A DNA stretch of 64,000 bases from a virus. Its lineage: Duplodnaviria; Caudoviricetes. Shown here piece after piece: positions 1 to 8,221 of the stretch (position 1 is its first letter; the number at the start of each line of letters is the position of its first letter). Made by a program: the position numbers and the translations under genes. A model generated the notes under the pieces. That model did no database searches. It was not told the origin of the DNA and worked only from the letters and a program-made list of their open reading frames with translations. The DNA is taken from IMG/VR virus record IMGVR_UViG_3300029305_002828, positions 1 to 64,000 of that record. The stretch is one strand, 5' to 3'.

Positions 1-494
1 TTAGCAGCTACGACGATATAGATATCTTTATTAGGATTAGTTTCAATAATAGTACTGAATAGCTGATCCTTTAGATCAATAATATTATCAATACTGAATC
101 CACTATCAATAGCATCAAAGATAAACCATAACTCAGATTCATTAGGATTATCTCTGATAAATCTACCGATCTTTCCAGCAACTCCTTCAATATTAATCCT
201 AATCTGTTCACCTTCAGATGCTATTGCTAGAGTAGCTAATAAATTCATATTACCACGCATAAGTGCAGACTGTCTAGAATTATTACCTCCATCAGAGAGA
301 TTATTATATTTGAGATATTTAATTTTATCTTCCCTGAGTTGGGGAATAATATATCCATCCATTAGTGTAGTTTTACCACACCCATTACATCCGACGAGAA
401 TAGTTACTCCTGGTTCAATAGTAACTTTAGTTTTCATATATAACTTCTCATCATCTGAATATGGACATTTATCAAGTTTGAATGTTCTACTCAT
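1..494 (-). CDS. ABC-type ATPase, stand-alone (runs off the window edge)
   Basis: Own translation from ATG at 494: MSRTFKLDKC...TILVGCNGCGKTTLM (Walker A), ASEGEQ (ABC signature-like), WFIFDAIDSG (Walker B); frame open to position 1; not in the ORF track. Confidence 0.75.
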   Translation of the reverse strand, partial: MSRTFKLDKCPYSDDEKLYMKTKVTIEPGVTILVGCNGCGKTTLMDGYIIPQLREDKIKYLKYNNLSDGGNNSRQSALMRGNMNLLATLAIASEGEQIRINIEGVAGKIGRFIRDNPNESELWFIFDAIDSGFSIDNIIDLKDQLFSTIIETNPNKDIYIVVAA

Positions 495-504
495 AATATC
501 ACTC

Positions 505-798
505 CTATATTTTTAATATTACTCCTGAGATTACTGAATCTCGTCTCATCCACTCTTCTTTATAGGATATATTGTTGAAATTATAAAGATCTGTAACATC
601 ACCTCTTATATCATATAATCTTCCATGATATAAGAATAGGAAGTGACAATCAATTGTTTCATATACTATCTCTCCTCCGAATCTTTCATTAAGGATAACT
701 GAGAAATAGTAGCAATATCCATTTCTAAATGTATTCTCTAGAACTTCATCTTTTTCAAAGATTTTAAAATCCTTTATGAATTTTTCAATAGCATTCAT
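505..798 (-). CDS. Small hypothetical protein with papain/transglutaminase-like Cys-His-Asp arrangement
   Basis: NGYCYYFS...CHFLFLYHGRLYDIRG. Confidence 0.5.
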   Translation of the reverse strand: MNAIEKFIKDFKIFEKDEVLENTFRNGYCYYFSVILNERFGGEIVYETIDCHFLFLYHGRLYDIRGDVTDLYNFNNISYKEEWMRRDSVISGVILKI

Positions 799-828
799 TA
801 TAATCACCCCTAATAAAATGAATAAAAA

Positions 829-856
829 ATGAGTGGGACATCATAGTCCCACTCAT
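829..856. terminator. Intrinsic terminator downstream of the tRNA cluster
   Basis: ATGAGTGGGAC/GTCCCACTCAT stem; the adjacent A-tract gives a U-tract on the minus strand. Confidence 0.75.
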
Positions 857-869
857 ATAATATTTTAAC

Positions 870-945
870 TGGTGACCCAGCGGAGGCTCGAACTCCGGAC
901 ACCCGCCTTAAAAGGGCGGTGCTCTACCTACTGAGCTACTGGGTC
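870..945 (-). tRNA. tRNA-Lys(UUU)
   Basis: Revcomp GACCCAGTAGCTCAGTAGGTAGAGCACCGCC-CTTTTAA-GGCGG...GTTCGAG...GGGTCACCA; full cloverleaf with encoded CCA. Confidence 0.95.
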
Positions 946-952
946 ATATCGA

Positions 953-1022
953 TCGCCCCTGCCGGAATTGAACCGGCACCTTCGGATTTATAATCCGCTG
1001 CTCTACCTTGAGCTATGGGGCG
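953..1022 (-). tRNA. Atypical tRNA or tRNA pseudogene, anticodon AUA (nominally Tyr)
   Basis: Revcomp CGCCCCATAGCTCAAGGTAGAGCAGCGGA-TTATAAA-TCCGAAGGTGCCGGTTCAATTCCGGCAGGGGCGA; A7:A66 and G27:A43 mismatches, short variable loop, no encoded CCA. Confidence 0.65.
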
Positions 1023-1168
1023 GTAAACAATAAAGTCTTGCTTCCGCTACACATCTGCCTTTTGATACCGTGACCCAAATGTACCAGCAATTCTCTATTG
1101 AATAACCGATATAGCTCATTTGCTCTCCACGTTGTAAGTAGTGGCGATATTTGTTACACATCTACTTG

Positions 1169-1244
1169 TGGCTGGGCTAGTTGGATTCGAACCAACGGAA
1201 TGCAGGAGTCAAAGTCCTGTGCCTTACCACTTGGCTATAGCCCA
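1169..1244 (-). tRNA. tRNA-Gln(UUG)
   Basis: Revcomp TGGGCTATAGCCAAGTGGTAAGGCACAGGA-CTTTGAC-TCCTG...GTTCGAATCC...AGCCCAGCCA. Confidence 0.95.
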
Positions 1245-1247
1245 ATA

Positions 1248-1323
1248 TGGCTCCCCCAGTAGGACTCGAACCTACGACAGCGCGGTTAACAGCCGCGTGC
1301 TCTACCGACTGAGCTATGGAGGA
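1248..1323 (-). tRNA. tRNA-Asn(GUU)
   Basis: Revcomp TCCTCCATAGCTCAGTCGGTAGAGCACGCGG-CTGTTAA-CCGCG...GGGGGAGCCA. Confidence 0.95.
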
Positions 1324-1334
1324 ATATTTAATTG

Positions 1335-1695
1335 ATGGAACTAATATCTCTACACCCTAACCTAGCCCTTAGGCTGCTAGTGACCTCACCTCATCCACGC
1401 CTCGAGATATTAATTGGAGCCCATCTTTGTATTGTATTTAGCTAGGTGCTCCTCCCTAGGCCAAGCCTCCACTTAATCCCGCCTGTTCTGGGTATCGATG
1501 TGACTTGACTGCTTATGCCCTTAAGCGATACGAATATGAATGGTCGCCCCTACCTTTCATACTCTTAGGCAAACGTAAGTTGGCTCTCACAGGCTCGATT
1601 TGCATTTTCTGAAGTAGAGTGCTGCTCCTAACTATCCCATCTCTACCACTGTAGTCAGTGAACCAGCCACGATATATCATTTCACGTGGACTTTG
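1335..1695 (-). ncRNA. Putative structured ncRNA(s) within the tRNA cluster, family unidentified
   Basis: About 360 nt spacer with tRNA-like GC content and no credible ORF; several helices, e.g. 1342-1350/1404-1412 and 1532-1540/1556-1564. Confidence 0.55.
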
Positions 1696-1782
1696 TGGTG
1701 CCGGTGACCGGACTCGAACCGGTACGCTGTTACCAGCAAGGGATTTTAAGTCCCTGGTGTCTGCCAATTCCACCACACCGGC
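1696..1782 (-). tRNA. tRNA-Leu(UAA)
   Basis: Revcomp GCCGGTGTGGTGGAATTGGCAGACACCAGGGA-CTTAAAA-TCCCT, long variable arm, ...CACCGGCACCA. Confidence 0.95.
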
Positions 1783-1866
1783 GTATATATTAGTTGGTCT
1801 CTTGGTTTTAGGATATCCATGGCTTCCCCATTGCCGGTTTATAGTCTGTTTGACCATTCAGACTTT

Positions 1867-1943
1867 TGGTGGGCCTTCGGAGATTCGAACTCGGGACCGT
1901 CCGGTTATGAGCCGGATGCTCTAACCAACTGAGCTAAAGGCCC
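1867..1943 (-). tRNA. tRNA with CAU anticodon, most likely Ile2 (lysidine type)
   Basis: Revcomp GGGCCTTTAGCTCAGTTGGTTAGAGCATCCGG-CTCATAA-CCGGA...AAGGCCCACCA; body resembles Bacillota tRNA-Ile2 rather than fMet/Met. Confidence 0.85.
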
Positions 1944-1950
1944 TTATAAA

Positions 1951-1982
1951 ATGGGCTGGCACCCACCTAGATACCAGCCCAT
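1951..1982. terminator. Hairpin between the ABC/PspA operon and the tRNA cluster
   Basis: ATGGGCTGG...CCAGCCCAT inverted repeat. Confidence 0.6.
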
Positions 1983-1991
1983 ATAGGATAG

Positions 1992-3590
1992 TTACTCCTC
2001 AACAGACTTAAAGAATACGTCAGTACGACGATTAAGAACTGCATCAGGAGAATTCACATCAACAACCATCTTAGTATTACCGTTGCCGACTGTGATAATT
2101 CTATTAGGATCAATACCACATGCAATGAAATATTCAGCTACTGCATTAGCTCTCTCCAAAGACAATCTCGTACCACCTTCAGTGTTATTACGAGAGTTGA
2201 TATTACCCTCAATCTGAATAATGGAACCGTCTAGAGTATTAGCAATCTCTACAAACTCATCCATGATTTCATATGCAGATGCGGGATCTACAAATACAGC
2301 AGCATCTCCAACAAACTCAACAGTCATAGACTTAGTAATCAGAGAAGCAACATTCTTAACAGCTTCCTTCTGCTCTTCAGTAAGTTCTACACTTTCCTTA
2401 TTAACTGTAGTAGTACTATAAGAATCAGAAAGTTTAGTCAAGTATGTAGTATCAAAGATAGTGAGTACGGTTTTACGATTAACTGTCTCTCCAATACTCT
2501 CCCAAACATCACACATATCATTGAATACAAGAGGAGCGGTTTCCTTCAGGACTTTAGCATTTTCAGCATAACCCATCAATTCTGCATCAGCACACTGAGC
2601 CTTAATATCCTCATCGGAAGTGCCAGCAAACATAGGTATCACTTCACGGATATAGTTGAATTCAGTGGTGTACATTTCATTGGCCTGGAATACACCATCC
2701 ATGAACTTAGCAATGATATCAGGATTAGCCTTAGCAAAATCTGCACGGAATACAATTCCATCCATAATCAAAGACTTAGAAAGTTTGGTAGAGAACATCA
2801 AATGAGAATCACCAGCCTCTTCAGCATAAGACAGATATGGCTGCCAGGTAGCTGCAACATCCAGTTCACCAGCAAAGAATGCTTTGCCAGTTTCAGATGC
2901 ATCTTCAAAGAGAATCAAGCTATCAATGATACTAATCTTATCAGCATCAGGCAGATCAGATTGATTCACAAACCAAACAACCAGAGTCTGAGCTTCAGAG
3001 AAACGAGGAACACCAATCTTCTTACCAATTAGATCTTCAACATTTTCAATTCCTTGCTTAGCAATGATGCCATCACCACCGGCAGAATAGTTAGTGAAGA
3101 AAGGCATTACAACATCCAATCCTGCATCACTAAACTTACTGCTCAAGAAAGCAGTTCTGTTAAGAGTATAACCAGCAGCATTAAGCTCACCGGTAATGAG
3201 AGCGTTACTGCTTGCAGTTGCATCATTGATAATATTAATATTTACATTTAGACCAAGTTTATCAAAGATAGAACCAGGCTGAGTAGTCAATCCCTGATTT
3301 GCATCAATAATCGGCTTCCAACCAATCCACTCATCAAGAGACAGATTAATAGTAGTACCATCATTGCTATTAGTATTACCAGGAGTAGGAGTAGTGTTGG
3401 GAGTAGTACTGGGATTAGTGTAATCACTACCAGGGGAAGTAGTAGATTCACTGCTCTGACCAGGGTTGTCGTTAATGATATCATTACCTCCGAGAAGCTT
3501 GAAGCCAAAGAATGCACCGGCTCCAATTACCACTAGTGCGATAATAAAGATCACAACACGACCAGCAGTTGTAAGTTTCATTCTCTTCAT
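1992..3590 (-). CDS. Membrane-anchored ABC substrate-binding protein (NMT1/THI5/SsuA-like) fused to a C-terminal OmpA-like peptidoglycan-binding domain
   Basis: N-terminal TM, S/T/P/N-rich linker, DEWIGWKP...GGDGIIA...LDVAATWQPY binding domain, then IQIEGN...LSLERANAVAEY...RIITVGNG...NRRTDV OmpA motifs. Start chosen by RBS (track start 3620). Confidence 0.85.
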   Translation of the reverse strand: MKRMKLTTAGRVVIFIIALVVIGAGAFFGFKLLGGNDIINDNPGQSSESTTSPGSDYTNPSTTPNTTPTPGNTNSNDGTTINLSLDEWIGWKPIIDANQGLTTQPGSIFDKLGLNVNINIINDATASSNALITGELNAAGYTLNRTAFLSSKFSDAGLDVVMPFFTNYSAGGDGIIAKQGIENVEDLIGKKIGVPRFSEAQTLVVWFVNQSDLPDADKISIIDSLILFEDASETGKAFFAGELDVAATWQPYLSYAEEAGDSHLMFSTKLSKSLIMDGIVFRADFAKANPDIIAKFMDGVFQANEMYTTEFNYIREVIPMFAGTSDEDIKAQCADAELMGYAENAKVLKETAPLVFNDMCDVWESIGETVNRKTVLTIFDTTYLTKLSDSYSTTTVNKESVELTEEQKEAVKNVASLITKSMTVEFVGDAAVFVDPASAYEIMDEFVEIANTLDGSIIQIEGNINSRNNTEGGTRLSLERANAVAEYFIACGIDPNRIITVGNGNTKMVVDVNSPDAVLNRRTDVFFKSVEE

Positions 3591-3649
3591 AATAGTTTCA
3601 GTTCCTTTCCAAAGTTTCAATATTTGATAGTTACTTTATGTAAGACAAT

Positions 3650-4396
3650 TTAATTGTTCTTACCATACTTAGCCTGCAGCTCCTGCAGGTATGCATCGGA
3701 AGATGCCTTGGCTGCTGTCTTTTCAGCATTAGCAATCTTAGTACTGCTTCTACTGTTACGAACAGCAACAGCACCATCAACTTCCTTGCGAAGATCACTA
3801 AGACCATCATTGACAGAACCAAGCAACTTATCAGTTGCAGAGTCACGACGAAGTTCATCCAGATCACCCAGAAGATCCTTCATATTACCTTTCAACTTCA
3901 GTTCCTCAACTGCCATCTTGCTCTGCTTCTTCAGCTCACGAAGCTTCTTATCATAAGCCTCATAAACTTCCTTAGCTTCAGCAACCATGGGATCGAGCTC
4001 CTTAAGGTATCCTTCCTTCTGACGGATTTCAAACAGGATCTCTTCACGACGTTCAGAGAATACTGCTGCCTCTTGCATATTACCAGATCTAACCAGAGAT
4101 TCACACTTCTTCTCAACATCCTTGAGCTCATCTTTCAATGTAGTAATAGATCTCTTTACAGATGTCTGCTCTCCAACGAATCGATTTAGAGTATCTCCAG
4201 CTTTATTGTAACGATCTTGGACTTCCTCAATTGCTTGATTGAAGACAGCCTTAGCTCCATCAGGAGTCTTAGCAACATCCTCAATGAAGATATTTAAGAA
4301 GCCTTCGATCAGAACTTTGATCTTCTTTCTTACACCAGGGAAGATCAGAAGCATTAGTAGTAATACTACTATAATTCCGCCGATAATCCATTCCAT
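3650..4396 (-). CDS. PspA/IM30 (Vipp1/ESCRT-III superfamily) protein with N-terminal TM
   Basis: TM, then KTPDGAKAVFNQAIEEVQ followed by a long coiled coil ending YLQELQAKY, typical of PspA. Confidence 0.75.
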   Translation of the reverse strand: MEWIIGGIIVVLLLMLLIFPGVRKKIKVLIEGFLNIFIEDVAKTPDGAKAVFNQAIEEVQDRYNKAGDTLNRFVGEQTSVKRSITTLKDELKDVEKKCESLVRSGNMQEAAVFSERREEILFEIRQKEGYLKELDPMVAEAKEVYEAYDKKLRELKKQSKMAVEELKLKGNMKDLLGDLDELRRDSATDKLLGSVNDGLSDLRKEVDGAVAVRNSRSSTKIANAEKTAAKASSDAYLQELQAKYGKNN

Positions 4397-4399
4397 ACA

Positions 4400-4948
4400 T
4401 TAGCCCTCCTTGTTATTTAAGATTCCTTCAGCGAATTCTTGCAGGGACTTAATCTGATCAAGTTCACTCTGAATAGCAGCAGTAGAATCTGCAGTATTCT
4501 TCTTAGCCTCTGTGATCTTTGCTTCAGCAGATTCAATGAGACCCTTAAGCTTCTCAATATCAGCTTCCGCTTCACAAATGGTTGATTCATTTGCATCTTT
4601 GATGTTTACTTCAGCGGTTTCAAGGATCTCAATACGCTGAAGAGCATCACTAATGATCGTATTGATACTAATGTTGTTAAGAGCAAGGATACCTGCAATA
4701 GAAGCCTGTTTCTTAGCAGTAGTCATCTCAGCAGGGAGTACATCCATATATGCCTTGATCGTGAAGATTGAATTATCTTCGGGAATTCCTGCCCTCTCAT
4801 AGATGCTTGAAATGAGGTTGAGGTGATCAATCTCATCCACATTTACATCAGGTGACGGTAACTCTACCTCCGGTACTGTAGTAACCTGCACAGGTGTTTC
4901 AGGTTCTTCACGCTGAATGAGTCCCATCTTCTCAAAAATGTTTGCCAT
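4400..4948 (-). CDS. Hypothetical coiled-coil protein of the PspA/ABC operon
   Basis: MANIFEKMGLI amphipathic start, C-terminal coiled coil, tight operon spacing. Confidence 0.7.
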   Translation of the reverse strand: MANIFEKMGLIQREEPETPVQVTTVPEVELPSPDVNVDEIDHLNLISSIYERAGIPEDNSIFTIKAYMDVLPAEMTTAKKQASIAGILALNNISINTIISDALQRIEILETAEVNIKDANESTICEAEADIEKLKGLIESAEAKITEAKKNTADSTAAIQSELDQIKSLQEFAEGILNNKEG

Positions 4949-4966
4949 GGTTAGTGCCCTCCTTCT

Positions 4967-5569
4967 TTAAAGTTTAATTATGTGATCACACATTTTTGAT
5001 GCTTCATCTTGGCTGTGTGTTACCATAACAATAGTTGACTCTACTTCATCTTGGATATCAGTAATTAATTGTTGCATAGTAGCACGAGTTTTATCGTCCA
5101 AAGCAGATAAAGGCTCATCCATCAACAAGTATTTTGGTTTAACATATAACGTTCTAGCTAATGCTAAACGTTGCTGCATACCACCTGACAGTTGGGATGG
5201 ATATCTATCTGCATGATTCAGTAGACCAACCTTGTCCAACACAGCTAATGCATCTTTTTCATTTCGTTTTCTTTTATCTCGCTGAGCAATAAGTACATTA
5301 TCTACACAACTCAACCAATTGAAATTAGAATACTTTTGATGCATCATGTAAACTGGATTTTTATCAGCATTCTTATAGATCTTCCCATCTATGAAAACCT
5401 GACCAGATACCGGTCTAAGTATACCAGCAATGGTACGAAGTAAAGTAGTTTTACCTTTACCGGATTGGGCCAATATTCCATAGATCTTGTTATCTTCGAA
5501 TGTCTGATTGATACCAGAAATGATTGGTACTTTATTAAACCCAATCGCCAAATCATTCAACTGTATCAT
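4967..5569 (-). CDS. ABC transporter ATP-binding protein (NitT/TauT family)
   Basis: QSGKGKTT, LSGGMQQR, LLMDEPLSALD, VTHS. Confidence 0.92.
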   Translation of the reverse strand: MIQLNDLAIGFNKVPIISGINQTFEDNKIYGILAQSGKGKTTLLRTIAGILRPVSGQVFIDGKIYKNADKNPVYMMHQKYSNFNWLSCVDNVLIAQRDKRKRNEKDALAVLDKVGLLNHADRYPSQLSGGMQQRLALARTLYVKPKYLLMDEPLSALDDKTRATMQQLITDIQDEVESTIVMVTHSQDEASKMCDHIIKL

Positions 5570-6335
5570 TCACATACCTCCATTTGAAACAGAACCGAAT
5601 CAATGCATTTCCTACTTTATCAAAGACATAACTGAATAGCATGATTGCAATAATTGCTGCAAATACTACTGCAGTTTTACCTCTAGCAGAACTTACATTG
5701 ATTATGAAACCGAGACCATATTTAGCATTAGTAGCTTCTACAACTGCACAATATGTCCAACCGATTCCATACATCATTAGGAATGTACTACAGATTGATG
5801 GAAGGGAAGCGGGTAATAATATTTCTTTAATTGTCTCCCATCCTCTCATGCCTATCGTCTTACCAGTATCCATAAGATCTTCAGGAACTTCATCAAAGCA
5901 TAATAGTACTGATGGTAATAGATAGACAAATGTTGCAATAAATAGGAATGAAATTTTCATTTCTTCTCCAATACCAAACCAAAGGATCAGTAATGGAGAC
6001 AATGCAGTTACAGGGATATACCTTAGGAGTGATACAACTGGCATTATGATTCCTTTTATCCAGTTTACTCCATAAATTAGTAATGCCAATGGAACTGCAA
6101 CACACATTGACAATACTGATGCAAATGTTATTCTGATGAATGAATAGATCAACCCATTTTGAAGTTGCTCAGTCTCAATCAAATCAACAAATGCTGCCCA
6201 TACATTTTTTGGTGATGGGACGAATAATGGTTGAGTGAATTGCGAGGCTATGTGCCATATAGCTATAACTACTATAAGCATTATTACTCCTCTGATGATA
6301 CTTGGTAAAATTTTCTTTGGCGGACTCCTTCGCAT
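5553..6335 (-). CDS. ABC transporter permease (NitT/TauT family)
   Basis: About 6 TM segments; LRYIPVTALSPLLILWFGIGE; EAA-like loop; GLGFII. Confidence 0.9.
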   Translation of the reverse strand: MRRSPPKKILPSIIRGVIMLIVVIAIWHIASQFTQPLFVPSPKNVWAAFVDLIETEQLQNGLIYSFIRITFASVLSMCVAVPLALLIYGVNWIKGIIMPVVSLLRYIPVTALSPLLILWFGIGEEMKISFLFIATFVYLLPSVLLCFDEVPEDLMDTGKTIGMRGWETIKEILLPASLPSICSTFLMMYGIGWTYCAVVEATNAKYGLGFIINVSSARGKTAVVFAAIIAIMLFSYVFDKVGNALIRFCFKWRYVNDTVE

Positions 6336-6398
6336 GTATTTTACCCTCCTCGTAAATAATGTTTTAGTAGGGACTCAATAATGTATCTCTACACATGA

Positions 6399-6411
6399 AG
6401 AATATATAATT
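6399..6411 (-). promoter_or_regulatory. Putative phage early-type promoter (AATTATATATTCT)
   Basis: One of at least 12 copies of this motif at operon starts in the window. Confidence 0.6.
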
Positions 6412-6419
6412 AAAAAAAT

Positions 6420-6444
6420 AATGGGGGTGAAATTCACCCCCATT
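6420..6444. terminator. Intrinsic terminator
   Basis: AATGGGGGTGAA/TTCACCCCCATT stem next to an A-tract. Confidence 0.75.
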
Positions 6445-6446
6445 GC

Positions 6447-6758
6447 TTACGCATCATAACACTCGCTTTGATCGATAGGAATTAATTCCATTCTCATACC
6501 CTGATCTTTATTGATCCCACAGAATTTCCCATATGCATCAGGATTTAATGGATTCTTATCATCATACCAAAGACCGTAGAAGATTCCGAAACTATCCTGA
6601 TGACGATTCCACATTACAGGCCCAGCCATGTGAGTATTCTTAAACTTATAGAATGAACCTGTAAGTATCTCATCACCATTACAGTCTAGAAGACCAGTAG
6701 GGATACCAATCCTTTCTTTTTTACTTTTAGGAATCTTTGGAAATTTTATCTTTTCCAT
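6447..6758 (-). CDS. YopX-like phage protein
   Basis: PTGLLDCNGDEILTGS resembles the YopX TGLKDKNGKEIYEGD motif. Confidence 0.5.
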   Translation of the reverse strand: MEKIKFPKIPKSKKERIGIPTGLLDCNGDEILTGSFYKFKNTHMAGPVMWNRHQDSFGIFYGLWYDDKNPLNPDAYGKFCGINKDQGMRMELIPIDQSECYDA

Positions 6759-7245
6759 ACTTGGTTCCCTCCCAATTGATTTTCACAAGATAACCAGATA
6801 GTTGATTTAAAATCTTATCTGCGTCATCCTTGAATTTATTTTCGATATCTCGGATGAGCCGATCAGTATCCACTGTACACCATGAATGGTTAAGTTTATA
6901 CGCGAGCTCCAGACTTTCATATTCTTCCTGAAGTTCAACCAACTTCCATTCATCACGGTTAACAAAGTATCCAGACTGAAGAAGGTCAGCTTCAACACCA
7001 CTTTTCAGATGGACAATGATTCCACGGGAGGTAATGATCCTGAAATTGCCTTCAAAGTCTTCATCTCTGATATCAACGATGTTGGTTGCGAATCCATCAT
7101 CATATTCATCAAGGAACATCCGAACTGTAGTACCACAGTTAGTACATACATGGATGGCAGAGCGATTTTTATAATCTTTAGCCATCCAATCCCATACTCC
7201 GGGAATAATGTGAATACGACCGCAGTTACAGAACATAATTTGCAT
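6727..7245 (-). CDS. Hypothetical protein with N-terminal Zn-ribbon
   Basis: CNCG...CTNCG; RBS GGAGG. Confidence 0.6.
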   Translation of the reverse strand: MQIMFCNCGRIHIIPGVWDWMAKDYKNRSAIHVCTNCGTTVRMFLDEYDDGFATNIVDIRDEDFEGNFRIITSRGIIVHLKSGVEADLLQSGYFVNRDEWKLVELQEEYESLELAYKLNHSWCTVDTDRLIRDIENKFKDDADKILNQLSGYLVKINWEGTKYGKDKISKDS

Positions 7246-7265
7246 TTATATTACCTCCATTTTAA

Positions 7266-7559
7266 TTACATCAGAAACATAGGATCTTCAGAATTATAAT
7301 CCTTCTTCAATCTTTTACCACCACGATTCTTAAGATGGATATCGACATTCAATTCATCATTGTCGATAAGATTAATTGCAGCAATTGTTGAAGCAACCCT
7401 GATGCCAGTAGATGCAATGATGGTGGTAATAAAATCTTTGAAACTTCCATCATTGTGTTTAAAGTAGTTTTGCTCCACAGCCTCACCTGCAATAGCGCCA
7501 CCAATAGCAACACCAATGCCACAAATTAACCCACAGGGAATAGTGATCTTCTTAGACAT
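7266..7559 (-). CDS. Hypothetical membrane-associated protein
   Basis: Gly-rich hydrophobic N-terminus; overlaps the upstream stop. Confidence 0.55.
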   Translation of the reverse strand: MSKKITIPCGLICGIGVAIGGAIAGEAVEQNYFKHNDGSFKDFITTIIASTGIRVASTIAAINLIDNDELNVDIHLKNRGGKRLKKDYNSEDPMFLM

Positions 7560-7953
7560 AATTCATACCTCCATAAAATTGATTACCAATAATTGCCATC
7601 TGAATAATAGTATCACAGATAAGATTGCCATTACGACCGAATGCTTCGATGCACATACCTCTGAATACCATATCATTCTCAACGAGACATTCAACAGGGA
7701 TATAGGTTACGTCATCATAATTGGCATATCCATTATCCACCCGGATCATAGAAACTTCCTCATCATCAAAATATAGTTTACCGATAGGAAGACCTTCATC
7801 AGGAATAGAACCTGAAGCAATGATATTGCATTCATTTTTGCTATTGTAAATATGAACATGTCTTGCTAAGCTGTCAAAATTCATAGAGTGATATCCATGA
7901 TCATCAACTGGAGCATTCTCTATGAATTTCTTCACATCTTTAAAAGTATACAT
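7552..7953 (-). CDS. Hypothetical protein
   Basis: ATG at 7953 with AGGAGG RBS and the promoter motif at 7979-7990. Confidence 0.6.
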   Translation of the reverse strand: MYTFKDVKKFIENAPVDDHGYHSMNFDSLARHVHIYNSKNECNIIASGSIPDEGLPIGKLYFDDEEVSMIRVDNGYANYDDVTYIPVECLVENDMVFRGMCIEAFGRNGNLICDTIIQMAIIGNQFYGGMNYV

Positions 7954-8013
7954 TGTTATCTCCTCCTTTTCTACTATTATAATATATAATATTATTCTCA
8001 TTAAATCCGATAA

Positions 8014-8048
8014 AAATAAAAGGAGGGTATCATACCCTCCTTTTATTT
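8014..8048. terminator. Bidirectional intrinsic terminator
   Basis: AAATAAAAGGAGGGTAT/ATACCCTCCTTTTATTT. Confidence 0.8.
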
Positions 8049-8209
8049 CATTCAATTGGTTTTATATTTTCAAGATTTTCACGTTTTACTTTAAATAATT
8101 TTCTACATCTGAAACAGATGTGATTGAAATCATCTTTATATGCAATGGAATTTTCAAATTCACAATGCGGACATTTAACAGTGGCGAATACTACATTATT
8201 GTTTTCCAT
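8048..8209 (-). CDS. 53-aa Zn-ribbon protein (not in the ORF track)
   Basis: MENNNVVFATVKCPHCEFENSIAYKDDFNHICFRCRKLF...; AGGAGG RBS. Confidence 0.7.
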   Translation of the reverse strand: MENNNVVFATVKCPHCEFENSIAYKDDFNHICFRCRKLFKVKRENLENIKPIE

Positions 8210-8221
8210 ACCATTCCTCCT

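Noticed and set aside
1335-1695. tmRNA, RNase P or SRP identity for the spacer RNA
   Set aside because: Only partial look-alikes (CAAAGTCC, AGGAGCAGC); no tmRNA acceptor/T-arm ends, no full RNase P P4 or SRP helix-8 consensus.
1141-1924. ORFs 1141-1335, 1513-1857 and 1658-1924
   Set aside because: They overlap tRNA genes; translation artefacts.
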